From: Heterodontus francisci
Lineage: Eukaryota
Assembly: GCF_036365525.1 (NCBI RefSeq)
Contig: NC_090389.1
Coordinates: forward strand, 71,001,226-71,065,225
Length of the DNA stretch: 64,000 nt
Reading direction: 5' to 3'
The position numbers and the translations under genes were made by a program. Positions 50,495 through 62,361 of this stretch are shown in pieces; within the stretch, counting starts at the first letter, position 1, and each line of letters starts with the position of its first letter. The notes under the pieces are model-generated. The model saw only the letters and a program-made list of their open reading frames with translations, did no database searches and was not told where the DNA came from.

Positions 50495-51480
50495 TAAAAC
50501 TCCTTGTGACTAGGGCAGGTAGAGGGAGGTAGGGTTGGGTCGTGGAAGGAGGATATGGGTGGAGAGTGATACAAGGAAGTGATCAGCAATGGCCTTATCT
50601 GTGATTTTGATATGATGGGACTAGCAAGACCACATGAGATGGCAAGGTCAAGAGGGTGGCTATGAATGAGTTGGTACTTTATATGGTGGGAGAGATTGGG
50701 GGAGGATAAGAGGGCAGTGATATCAGTAGAGAGAGAGAGAGCATGATGTGTTAAGATGGAGGTTGAAATCACTGAGGATGCGAAGTTGTTTGGTGCTAAG
50801 GGAAGAAAGCAGTGAAGATATCTGAAAATTTTTATCATGCTTGGAAGGGTGGTAGAGAACACGGATATTGAATGAGGTGAGAGGGGTGGAACAAAGAGAG
50901 ATGCTTAAAAGAGGAGAAAGTGTCGGAAGAATAGGGAATCGGGCCAGGCTGTGATCTGGTAATCAGTACCACACCGCTAGTGTGGCAGTCTTGACAGGCA
51001 AGTGGTGGAAGATATAGCCAGGTGGTGAGGCTTCATCAAGGGGAAAGGGATCTTCACACACTTAGCCAGCTTTCTGTCAAAGCCATGATGTCGTGCAGTC
51101 ATCCACAATAGGTTCGCGGATGGTAAATTCTGGAAGGAGATGTGTCCAGCAGTGGTGAGAGCTGATCCACTGGCAGAGTCCACAAGATCAGCATGGGAGG
51201 GGTGAGTTGGACAGGAAGGTCGACAGGGGAGTGGAATGGGGCAATTCGGATTGCTGCTTGTAATGAGCCAGTGCCGAGTGCCTTGATGAGCCCTTCCGAG
51301 AATGTGAAGGGGAGACATGATGAAGCTACAGGCTTATCTAAGAGGGAGCCAAAAGCGCACAATAATTTATTCGGAAAGGGCAGATTGCATAAAAATCAGG
51401 ATATGTTTAAAAACCTGCTAGTAAATGGGGAAATAGGAAATGGGTAGGTGATAATGGAAAGGAGTTCAAAGTTATTCAGA
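50495..51480 (-). mobile_element. L2 LINE 5'/endonuclease portion, decayed
   Basis: HPLDLAISCGL-type APE remnant with pyrimidine-rich L2 composition on the minus strand. Confidence 0.55.
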
Positions 51481-51753
51481 GATCCCGTGGTGGGATAAGG
51501 ATGATGTAGGTAGGATGGATTTAGCACAGAGCATTGATGATCTGTTGTCTGAGTTTGGAGGCAGGTATAGTGAGTGAAGTGCAGAAGCTATATGAGGGTA
51601 GCATATCGGAGAATGCACTGATGGCGTTTTTTGTGGGGATGAAGATGTAGGAGGTGTACAGTTGCAAGATCAGAAAGATAATGGCAAAGTTGAAGTACAC
51701 CAAACAATCCAGTAAGAGAAGAATAAAAGCAAAATACTGCGGATGCTGGAAAT

Positions 51754-52015
51754 CTGAAATAAAAACGAGAAATGCTGGAAACACTGGGCAGGTCTGGCAG
51801 CATCTGTGAAAAGAGAAGCAGAGTTAACGTTTCGGGTCAGTGACCCTTCATCGGAACTGACAAATATTAGAAAAGTCACAGGTTAACCTGTGACTTTTCT
51901 AATATTTGTCAGTTCCGATGAAGGGTCACTGACCCGAAACGTTAACTCTGCTTCTCTTTTCACAGATGCTGCCAGACCTGCTGAGTGGTTCCAGCATTTC
52001 TTGTTTTTATTTCAG
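51754..52015. repeat. Zero-spacer inverted repeat of Penelope-like family A termini
   Basis: Perfect palindrome at 51788-51981 (97-bp arms, centre ggtt|aacc at 51884/51885). The arms extend to about 131 bp with 4 mismatches. Confidence 0.95.
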
Positions 52016-52164
52016 TAAGGGCAGAAGTTTGTTCTTCAGTTCAGGTGAGTGATTTTCTGGCCAGGAACAGACTGAAGTTGGAAAAACAGATCTAACCATT
52101 GGTCAGTTACGGGTGCAGCAGGAGATTGAAGTCTCTCAATCTCACAAGTGGTAAACTGATCCTT

Positions 52165-52560
52165 AGAATAGAGAAGGTTAAGAGAAGGTTTGATGGAAGT
52201 ATTCAAAGTCATGAATAGTTTTGATTAGTTTTCCCCTTATTTGCTCTATTTCCAGTGACACAATGATCAGTAATCAGAGGACACAGATCTAAGGTAATTG
52301 GCAAAAGAACTAGAGATGACCTGCAGAAACCTTTTGTTACACAGCGAGTTGTGATCAGGAATGCAATGCCTGAAAGGGTAGTGGAAGCAGATTCAGTAGC
52401 AACCTTCAAAAGGGCATTTGATAAATACTTGAAGGGAAAAAATTTGCAGGGCTCGGGGAAAGAGCAAGGGAGTGGGATTAATTGGATAGTTCTACCAAAG
52501 TGCCAGCATAGGCAAGGTGAGCCGAATGGCCTCTTGTGCTGCATTCAGTGATTCTGTGGT
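52165..52560 (+). mobile_element. CR1 LINE 3' fragment
   Basis: RNAMPERVVEADSVATFKRAFDKYLK followed by a CR1 tail. Confidence 0.8.
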
Positions 52561-53666
52561 CTCTAAATTTATGGTTATGCTGATTTTTGTCATTGCTAGA
52601 ATTAAGGTAGTCACTAAAATATGACTTTTTCACTTGTATTCAGCGCGATATTTAGCACCTTTTTCATTAGGTTTTTTGATAATGGGAGTAAATGAAAACA
52701 GGAGCAAAATCAGGAAGCCCTTTTATTTTAACAACAAGAGTGGTTCAAATATGGAACTCATCCCCTTCTCTCCCCACCCCCCTCAAAAAAAGGGCTGTTG
52801 ATGCCATAATAATTGGAGCTTTCAAGATGGAAAGGGATAACTTTCTGTTAAGTACTGTTTATAAAGGGACATGGAACAAAGTCAGAAAAAATGGATTTGA
52901 GATACAGACTAGCTGTGATCTAATTGAATGGCAGAGCAGGCTTGAGGGGCTGAATGACCTACTCCTGTTATATCCTTATTGCAAAGAAATTTAAGTCTGC
53001 TAAATAGAATAAAAATGGCTGTCACTTTAGTAAAATAAGTGGGGTTATCTCAAATGTGTGGGTTCAACATATTTCTAATAATCTTGCCTTTTTTTTTCCT
53101 TGGTGACCTTTGGTTTTAGGCTTCTAGTATACCTGTCTCTTACAAATAGTTTCATTTATATAATACATTAATAACTAGTCAGTTTTGACAGATGCCATAG
53201 TGAATTTTACAGTCATTGCCTGTGTTACCATAAGTTATTCCCAGATGAGGCAGCAAATTTAATATTGATCACCTGAATTCACACTGAGACTTAGTTGCTG
53301 GAAAGTGTGCTTCAGTGTTGTCCTGCCAATATGTCCATCTCCATTTTTATGCAGTACCATATCCAGTAACCTGAGACATCTAGTTAAGGGGAAAAGCTTG
53401 ATCACTGTCATATCCAGCCCTATTATGTTTTGCATAGTGTGTCAATACTGTACTGATAAAACTATTATCCCATTCACTTGCTAAATTTAGGTTTATTTAT
53501 TTATGTAGTGTTCATACTCTGAATTTGATATGTCAATGTGTGATGCTTTGTGGAGCCTGGTGCATGTATTTGTAGTACTTACCACCATAAGCTTAGATGC
53601 TCAGAGTAGAAAAATGCATTTCTGTAGAAAGTGCAAAATGTCCTGACATAAAGTAAACTTTTTCAG

Positions 53667-53795
53667 ATTGGAGAAGTCAAAAACATTGGGAGTTTGCCAT
53701 GCCTCGAGAAGGTCATTCTAAGTAACAACCCCCTAAGCATCATTCCTGATTATAGAACAAAGGTCCTTGCACAATTTGGGGATCGAGCTTCAGAG
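53667..53795 (+). CDS. NISCH: Nischarin exon 11
   Basis: [43 protein letters not shown], with AG/GT boundaries. Confidence 0.98.
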
Positions 53796-54039
53796 GTAAC
53801 ATTGAAATAGTATTCATTGTATGAGTGGAATTTAGAAATGTGGAATAATTTAATATCCTTCATAGTTATTTGTGGACTGTCCTTTTGAGATGGCAGTAAA
53901 ACATTGAATATTTGCAAATACATTAAATGACTGTTTACAGATACAATGCACTTAAGGTTTTAAGCAATGGCTTGGAAAAATGCACTTTTTTCAAAGTCAG
54001 TCAAACAATTTTGTCTTAGTCGTTTGGTATTACAGAACT

Positions 54040-54165
54040 TGAGTATTGCTGAAGATAGAGACATGTTGTCGAAGCTTTTCGTCTTGCACTCACCAGGACA
54101 ATCTGCAAAATACCAATGTAGGGAAAACAACTTTGTATAGTATGAAACGAGAGTGCTTATCAATC
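54040..54165 (-). mobile_element. Penelope-like family B terminal fragment with degenerate hammerhead
   Basis: Minus strand ttgtc-CTGGTGA-gtgcaagac-GAAA-agct-tc-gacaa, homologous to 29210-29320. Confidence 0.6.
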
Positions 54166-54169
54166 CTCC

Positions 54170-55335
54170 TTTTTTTTTTACTTCCTCAAAAAACTCAATC
54201 AAGTTAGTAAGACATGACCTTACTTTAACAAATCCATGCTGACTGTCCCTGATTAATCTGTGCCTTTCTATGTGGCAGTTTATCCTGTCCCTCAGAATTG
54301 ATTCTAATAGTTTTAACCGAGGTCAGACTGACCGGCCTATAATTATTTGGCCTATCCCTCGCACCCTTTTTTTTAAAAATGATACTACGTTCACAGACCT
54401 CCAGTCGTCTGGTACCTTGCCTGTATCTAGTGAGGCTTTCAAGATGATCCTCGGAGCATCCACTATTTCCTCCCTGGCTTCCTTTAACAACGTGGGATGC
54501 ACTCCCTCCAGCCCTGGTGATTTATCCACTTTTTCGAGGATGTCAGACCCTCTAGTACTTCCTCTCATTATGCTTATCTAATATTTCACACTCCTCTTTT
54601 ACTCCAATGTCTATCAATCCCGTCCTTTGTGAAGACAGACAAAAAAACTCATTTAAGAACCCTGCCCACATCTTCTGCATCCACGCATAAGTCCCTTGTG
54701 CATCTCTGATAGGCCCTACCCTTTCCTTAGTTATCCTCTGGCTGTTAATGTACTGATAAAACATCTTTGGGTTTACTTTGGGTTTTCCTTGATTTTACCT
54801 GCTAATAATTTTTCATGTCCTCTTGACTTTTCTAATTTCCTTTTTCACTTCACCGCTGCACTTTCTAACCTAGGCTTTCTGAAGTATTTCGTTTTTTGTG
54901 ATCATCATCAGCTTTCCTTTTCTGTTTTAACTTGCTCTGTAAGCTTCTAGATAGCCAGGGGGCTCTAGATTTGGCAGTACCACCCTTTATCTTTGTGGGG
55001 ACATGCCTACACTGTGCCTGTAGAATCTTGCTTTTGAATGCCTCGCAGTGGTTTGCTGCTGATTTTCCTTCAAGTAGCTGTATCCAGTCCACTTACGCTA
55101 GGTCACCTCTCTGTTTCGTAAAATTTGCCTTCCCCAATTTCGAACTTTTACTCCTGTTTTATCTTTGTCCTTTTCCATGATTATGCTAAAACTAACTGTA
55201 TTGTGGTCACTATCTCCAAAATGGTCACCCACTGTTACTTCATCCACTTGCTCAGCTTCATTACCGAAGACTAAATCTAGAATTGCGCCCCCTCTCATTG
55301 GGCTTGTTATGAGCTGGCTTGAAAAAGTTCTCTTG
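54170..55335 (-). mobile_element. CR1 LINE internal fragment (APE end to RT start)
   Basis: GGAILDLVFGN...GDSDHN; DKSPG..HPTLLKE. Confidence 0.85.
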
Positions 55336-55719
55336 AATCAGATCATTTTTACTATGTATTTGAATTTTGTAGATACTGGAGTTTGTAACTATGTAGTAGT
55401 CCTTCTATGTAAAGCTAATCAATTTTCAGAGACTCTGAAATTAGGTGTCATAGATAACATGGCAGTGGAATCCATGGTTGGAGTCCTTAGTCCATGATCA
55501 AAAGTTGTGCTATGACATTTGAGATCCCAGAGACCTGAAATTTTGAAATGTTAGCTATTGAAAAAGTATTTGCCTTTGTTTTATGAAACTCTTTTTGTTT
55601 TCTTTATTGAAAATGTAAATTGCCACTTTTAGATCTTCAGTAAGCTCTGCAAGCCTGTGTTACCACAAAATACTGCTAGAAGTCCTCCAAAGATTTATTT
55701 GCTTTTGTACGTCTTCCAG

Positions 55720-55833
55720 GTCTGTTTGGATAATGCTGTTACAACAGAAAAGGAACTCGATACAGTCGAGGTGCTAAAGGCGATTCAGAAAGCCAAAGAA
55801 GCAAAAGATCGAATGAATAATACAGATAAAAAG
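55720..55833 (+). CDS. NISCH: Nischarin exon 12
   Basis: [38 protein letters not shown], with AG/GT boundaries. Confidence 0.98.
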
Positions 55834-56392
55834 GTGATACTGCAGTAATAAAACTTGCTTCCAAGTTCAACTTTGTTTAACTGATTGATAGTTAATGTGT
55901 TGAATGGCCAATACTGAGATACCATCCACTGTAAAGATTAGGATCCTGGCTATAGAGGTACCCTGAATTGCATCATGAATTTTGCTTTCTTTCCTTGATG
56001 CTCTCCAAAAACGGTGAGTAATCAGAATAAGACCTGCTGAGTGCTTCCAGCATTCTGTTTTTATTTTACATTTCCCGCATTTGCAGCATTTTGTTTCTCT
56101 CTTATTTTGGGACATTTTATTTTTGTATCTTTCAGTTTGAAGTTACTAAGCAAGCATTCTAATTGTTTTAAGTCTGTAATGTGGATTTGGGTGTCCATAC
56201 TCTAAACTGTAATTCACTAAATAATGGAATTTTATCTAAAAATGCTTTTGATGGATGGGAGGGAAATAGTTGTTTCAGGGTGTATTCGCTCTTTCTACTC
56301 TTTCCTGTTTTCTTGCTGAGCTTAATACTCTGACTCTGCTGCATTAAACTTGGCATTGTGTGTTGTCTTAAATAAGTAACTTTTTTTGTTAG

Positions 56393-56501
56393 ATCAGTGA
56401 GGAATCAAGACTTGCTGTTCCAGGGTCCAAACCCAGCTGCTTTTCTTATGCTGCTTGTCCTTCCTCTCCTCTGCTACACCATGCTGCCAGCTCCAGCCAA
56501 G
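56393..56501 (+). CDS. NISCH: Nischarin exon 13 (gene continues beyond window)
   Basis: ISEESRLAVPGSKPSCFSYAACPSSPLLHHAASSSQ(G). ttag acceptor and G/GTAATC donor. Similar in position and sequence to the human ..EDSRL...SNQG exon. Confidence 0.85.
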
Positions 56502-58570
56502 GTAATCATGTATGTATCGGGCTGCTGATGTGGGCCATTTCTAGTTCTAGTGCTTGCTTGTCTGCATTAGTGTGTGTGCATAAAAGCATAGAATACTGCC
56601 ACTTGTACACAATATTCCAGCTGCTGGTACTGTACCAAATGCTTCTAGGTTCCTTTTAAAAGCTAGGTGGATTGATGGATACCTGAAAATTCTCGTTTAG
56701 TTTATGTTAGCGGGAATGAATGTGAAAGAATCATTCAACACTCTGGTCTGCTCCAAACATCAAACAGTTTATTGGGTTACGCCGGCGGGGAGTAGGTTAC
56801 TGGGCAGTCCAGATTCCTCTCCACTGAACAAAAGAAAATCATCAATACTTACACTGTTTCAAACAGTGACTCAGCCCATCCCGGCTGAACACGGTCCAAT
56901 CATAGTGATTATAGATTATATACATTGATTAGGAGAACCAATGAAATGGGTTACTAGGCATTGGGGGACTGCGTGGTCAGTTCATGCTGCTGGACAGCTA
57001 GGGGTTACTCATGCGTACATGTCTTCCAGATCCCCTGATTCACCGTTCTTGGGCCTTATGTATACATAACATCTTATCTTAACCTTGTTACAGGCTGGTA
57101 TCTTTGTCGGCATTCCATAAAGGCATCGGCTAGAGGCCACTTGGTTAGACTCTGCTTAATCTATGCGAATCATCCCTTGTAAGGAATGTGGTCAAATTAG
57201 CTGAGTCCCATGGTGCCTTGCAAACATTTCATTGCTAGCTAGAAGTATATGTTATTAGTTAGTCACATAATATTTATTGCATGTGCCTCTGCCCTGGGAG
57301 TACACTTCAACAGTTTGTGTGGTCATAATTTATCAAATTCTTCTAGAAATATTTCACTGGCCTCCCCTTCCACATCTCGCTCATCACGATTCAGGAGCTT
57401 GGTAAATAGATGGACACGTTCCTTGTGTCTTTAATATCTAAAATGGTTGAGGTACCATTTTTGAGAGACTGTTCTATCTTTCAAGCAGCTGAACTCATCC
57501 CTCATTTTAAAACTTGTATGGCCAGCAAGTAAATCTGAAATCACTTACAACTCTATAAATGTATGAATCAAGTAAGCTAATTTCCCATGCAACCTACTGT
57601 TGTAAGTCCATTACGTTTTGTCTTTTAAAACCATAAATGTACATTTGACATTGGCTATTTGGCTTAGGAAGGATTTTGGATCATTTTAGAGCTGAATTTA
57701 ACTTAATAACATCATACTGATACAAGAGGTTAAATCAGCTTCTGAGCCCGTAGGTTAGATTCGGCTGACATTAAGACAATCCAGTAAACATTCACATAAT
57801 ATGCTCGAATGGCTTCTTTCACATGATCTCAGCAGGGCTTTCATGGGTTTAATCAGGACTTTGGTTTGCCAGTCATGGATTATGGAGAGCTAGGGTATAG
57901 TTAAAAGTCAAATCTTTGGTTTCTTGTCTAATTGGGACAAGCAGACTGAGTTTGCAGAAAACTGGTATGCAAGATAGATGAAATGGGTGAAAGCACTTTG
58001 CTTAAGGCGAGAGTGACTAGTTTGAGATATTGTCATCAGAAAACTGAAATTAGAATTGTAGTCATGACCTCATTCTGTGCTGTATGATTCTGTTTGACCC
58101 ATCGTAACTGTGACGGTTCTTTGAAGGAGCTATCCAATTAGTCTCATTCCCCTGCTCTTTCCCAATAGCCCTGAATTTATTTCCTTTTTCAAAGATGTAT
58201 CCAATTTCCATTTGAAAGTTGCTATTAAATATGCTTCCACCATTCTTTCAGGCAGTGCATTCCAGTTCATAACGGCTCTCTGCCTTAAAAGAATTAATCT
58301 CATCTCCCCTTGGGTTCTCTGGTTATTGACCCTTCTACAGTGCCACAGTTCCTCACGACCTATTCAAAGACTGTCATAATTTTGAACACCTGTATTAAAT
58401 CTCACCTTAACTTTCCAGAAATATGGAAAATTTACAGCATAGAAGGAAGTCATTTACCCATCTTGTCTGTGCCAGCTAATCAAGCTATCTAGCTATTGGC
58501 CTGTAGCTCTGCAGGCTACAGCAGTCCAAGTGTGTATTTTGGGGGGGACAGGTAGCATAGTGGTAACGTT

Positions 58571-61500
58571 CTTTCTTTGTTTGGCCTCCTTAGCTCAAGA
58601 GACAATGGGTAAGCGCCTGGAGGTGGTCAGTGGTTTGTGAAGCAGCGCCTGGAGTGGCTATAAAGGCCAATTCTAGAGTGACTGACTCTTCCACAGTTGC
58701 TGCAGATAAAATTGGTTGTCGGGGCTGTTACACAGTTGGTTCTCCCCTTGAGCTTCAGTCTTTGTTCCTGCCAACTGCGAAGTCTCTTCGACTCGCCACA
58801 CTTTAGCCCCGCCTTTATGGCTGCCCACCAGCACTGGCGATCACTGGCAACTGACACCCACGACTTGTGATCAATGTCACAGGACTTCATGTCGCATTTG
58901 CAGATGTCTTTAAAGCGGAGACATGGACGGCCGGTGGGTCTGGTACTAGTGATGAGCTCGCTGTACAATGTGTCCTTGGGGTTCCTGCCATCTTCCTTGT
59001 GGCTCAATGGCTAAGCCATCTCAAGCACCGCTGGCTCAGTAGGGTGTATATGCTGGGGATGTTGGCCGCCTCGAGGACTTCTGTGTTGGAGATACGGTCC
59101 TGCCACCTGATGCCAAGGATTCTCCGGAGGCAGCAAAGATGGAATGAATTGAGATGCTGCTCTTGGCTGACATACGTTGTCCAGGCCTCGCTGCGGTAGA
59201 GCAAGGTACTGGGAACACAGGCTTGATACACTTGGACTTTTGTGTTCCGTGTCAGTGCGCCATTTTCCCACACTCTCTTGGCCAGTCTGGACATAGCAGT
59301 GGAAACCTTCCCCATGCACTTGTTGATTTCTGCATCGAGACAGGTTACTGGTGATAGTTGAGCCTAGGCAAGTGAACTCTTGAACCACTTCCAGAGCGTG
59401 GTCGCAGATATTGATGGATGGAGCATTTCTGACGTCCTGTCCCATGATTTGCGTTTTCGTAAGGCTGATGGTTAGTCCAAATTCGTTGCAGGCAGCCGCA
59501 ATCCTGTCAATGAGTCTCTGCAGATGCTCTTCAGTATGAGATGTTGATGCAGCATCATCAGCAAAGAGGAGTTCCCTGATGAGGACTTTCCGTACTTTGG
59601 TCTTCGCTCTTCGGGCAAGGTTGAACAACCTGTCAGCTGATCTTGTGTGGAGGAAAATTCCTTCTTCTGAAGACTTGAACGCATGTGAGAGCAGCTGGGA
59701 GAAGAAGATCCCAAACAGTGTAGGTGCGAGAACACAGCCCTGTTTCACGTCACTCAGGTTAGGAAAGGGGTCCGATGAGGCGCCGCTATGCTGAATTGTG
59801 CCTTTCATATTGTCATGGAATGGAATGCTTAGCAGCTTTGGTGGACATCCGATCTTTGCTAGTAGTCTGAAGAGACCATGTCTGCTGACGAGGTCAAAGG
59901 CTTTGGTGAGATCAATGAAAGCAATGTAGAGGGGCATCTGTTGTTCGCGGCATTTCTCCTGTAGCTGGCGAAGGGAGAACAGCATGTCAATGGTGGATCT
60001 CTCTGCTCGAAAGCCACACTGTGCCTCAGGGTAGATACGCTCAGCCAGCTTCTGGAGCCTGTTTAAAGCGACTCGAGCGACTTCCCCACTATGCTGAGCA
60101 GGGAGATTCCACGGTAGTTGTTGCAGTCACCGCGGTCATTTTTGTTTTTAGAGGGTGATGATATTGGCATCGCGCATGTCCTGTGGTACTGCTCCCTCGT
60201 CTCAGCACAGGCAAAGCAGTTTGTAGAGTGCTGAAAGTGTAGCAGGCTTGGCACTCTTGATTATTTCAGGGGTAATGCCGTCCTTCCCAGGGGATTTTCC
60301 GCTGTGTAGAGAATCAATGGCATCACTGAGTTCTGATTTTGTTGGCTGTACGCCCAGCTCATCCATGACTGGCAGAGACTGGGCTGCATAGAGGGCGGTC
60401 TCGGTGACAATATTCTCCCTGGAGTACAGTTCTAGGTAGTGCTCCACCCAGCGGTCCATTTGCTTGTGTTGGTCAGTGATTGTGTCCCCTGATTTAGATT
60501 TGAGAGGGGGCGATCTTCCTGATAGTTGGCCCAAAAGCTCTCTTAATGCCATCATACATTCCTCTGATGTTTCCGGTGTCGGAGGCCAGCTGAATATGAC
60601 TACATAGGTGTTGCCAGTAGTCATTTGCACAGCGCCTGGCTGTTCTTTGTGCAGCGCTTCTGGCAGCTTTAAGTGCTACAGATGCTAACTCGCTGGGGGC
60701 TTTCTTGTAGTTCAGCAGTGTAATGCGCTTAGCGCTATGACAGGTTCCAGCTCTTCAAAGTGAGATTGAAACCAGTCTGCATTCTGCTTCACACGTTTGC
60801 CATAGATGGTCATTGCTGATTCATAGACGGCGTCTCTGATGTGGGCCCACCTGGTCTCTGCATCCCCTGTTTTGAAGGGCTTTTTCAAGTGAATTTAGAA
60901 ATTGTGTAACAGCTGTGGATAAGAAATTCTGCTAGTGTTGATGTGCGGGCGGCCCTTCTGCTTGGAGTGATGCAGCTTCTTTGGTTTGAGTCTAACCTTG
61001 CTGTACACCAGGGAGTGGTCGGTGTCACAGTCCGCACAGTGGAAGCTGTGTGTGATCTGAACGCTGTTTAAAGAGGCTCGCCTTGTGACGATGAGGTCCA
61101 GCTGGTGCCAACGACGTGATCTTGGGTGCCTCCAAGAAACCTGGTGAAAGGGTTTAGTATGAAAGAATGAGTTGGTGATGCAGAGGTTGTGATAGGTACA
61201 CAACTCAAGCAGTCTCTGTCCATTCTCATTCATCCTTCCAATGCCATAGCGTCCAAGGCAGGAGGGCCATGAGTCATGGTCGGCCCCAACCCTGGCATTA
61301 AAGTCCCCCAGCAGGGGATGCTACTAATGATATTATGGAGCTCCTCGTAGAACTGATCTTTAGCTTCAGGTGGGGAGCAGAATGTTGGAGCATAGATGCT
61401 GAGTAGGTGTACTGGACCAGAGGCGGTGAGCAGTCTGATGGACAGTATGCGTTCCGAGCTATTTGAAGGTGGCTCTATCGTGCTGAGCAATGAGTTTCTG

Positions 61501-62361
61501 ATGGCGAAGCCCACTCCATGCTGTCTTGGTTCTTCAGGATCCCTACCCTGCCCAAAGAAGGTGTAGTCCTGCTCTCACCACCTCCTCCCACCGGCATCCA
61601 TCTATCCCTGAGCAGGGGCCCGAACAACCCCACTGCCTTGTGGGCGTCTCAGGAGAGACCAAGGCTAAGGGAGTAAACCCTAACAGAAAATCTGGAGTGG
61701 AACCCCGAAGGTGGTCATGTGTCACCTTTTGGCATGTTCCCGGCAGTTCCTGCAGCCATACTGGTGCCAAACATCGTGCACTGCACTCCTTTGGACCCCA
61801 CCAGGGAGGCCGAGAGGGGGGTTTTGACGCTTGGGCAACTCACAACCTCCATACATCCGCCCAGGCATGCGCCATGGAGAGGTCACTCCATAGTTACCTC
61901 ACAGCGCCAAAACAACATGGAAGGCAGCAGTTACAGGTTATAAGTTTAGCTCCGTTGACGTAGAGATTGGGCGCCACGGGTTGCCTTTGTCGGTGGGAGA
62001 GGTCATCGCACCTCACTGGACAGCTACCGCCCGCCTCAAACCAGGCAGCCCCAGGTCAGTAAGGTTCTGTCCCGCCACAGTCCACCTGCTTCAATGGGTG
62101 CTTGGAGCTCAGGGTCATTGCCCAACAAGTGGACTGCAACACCGCACCAAACAGCACGACAAAAAAAGGAAAGAAGGTACCAGCCCTTTGTTTTGCAAGC
62201 TGGAACGTCATAACTATGTGCCCTGGCCTGTCGGAAGACCTTACACAAATCAACGATTCTCGGAAGACCGCCATCATTAACAACGAGCTCAGTAGACTCA
62301 ATGTGGACATTGCAGCACTTCAGGAGACACTCCTCCTTGCGAGTGGATCTCTAAGAGAGCA
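58571..62361 (-). mobile_element. RTE-clade LINE with 5' inversion
   Basis: The minus-strand body (61576 to 58571) encodes APE motifs IYAPT, NENGQRLL and DTDH, RT motifs FIDLTKAFDLV, VKQGCVLAPTLF and LFADD, and a C-terminal CxxC...HSRRC. The plus-strand segment 61577-62361 holds the 5'UTR and ORF start (ASWNV...DIAALQET...SLREQ). TSD agtggtaa(c/t)gtt. Confidence 0.92.

Noticed and set aside
56705-57120. Possible solo ERV LTR on the minus strand
   Set aside because: A TG start and an antisense AATAAA are present, but I could not define the other terminus or a TSD.
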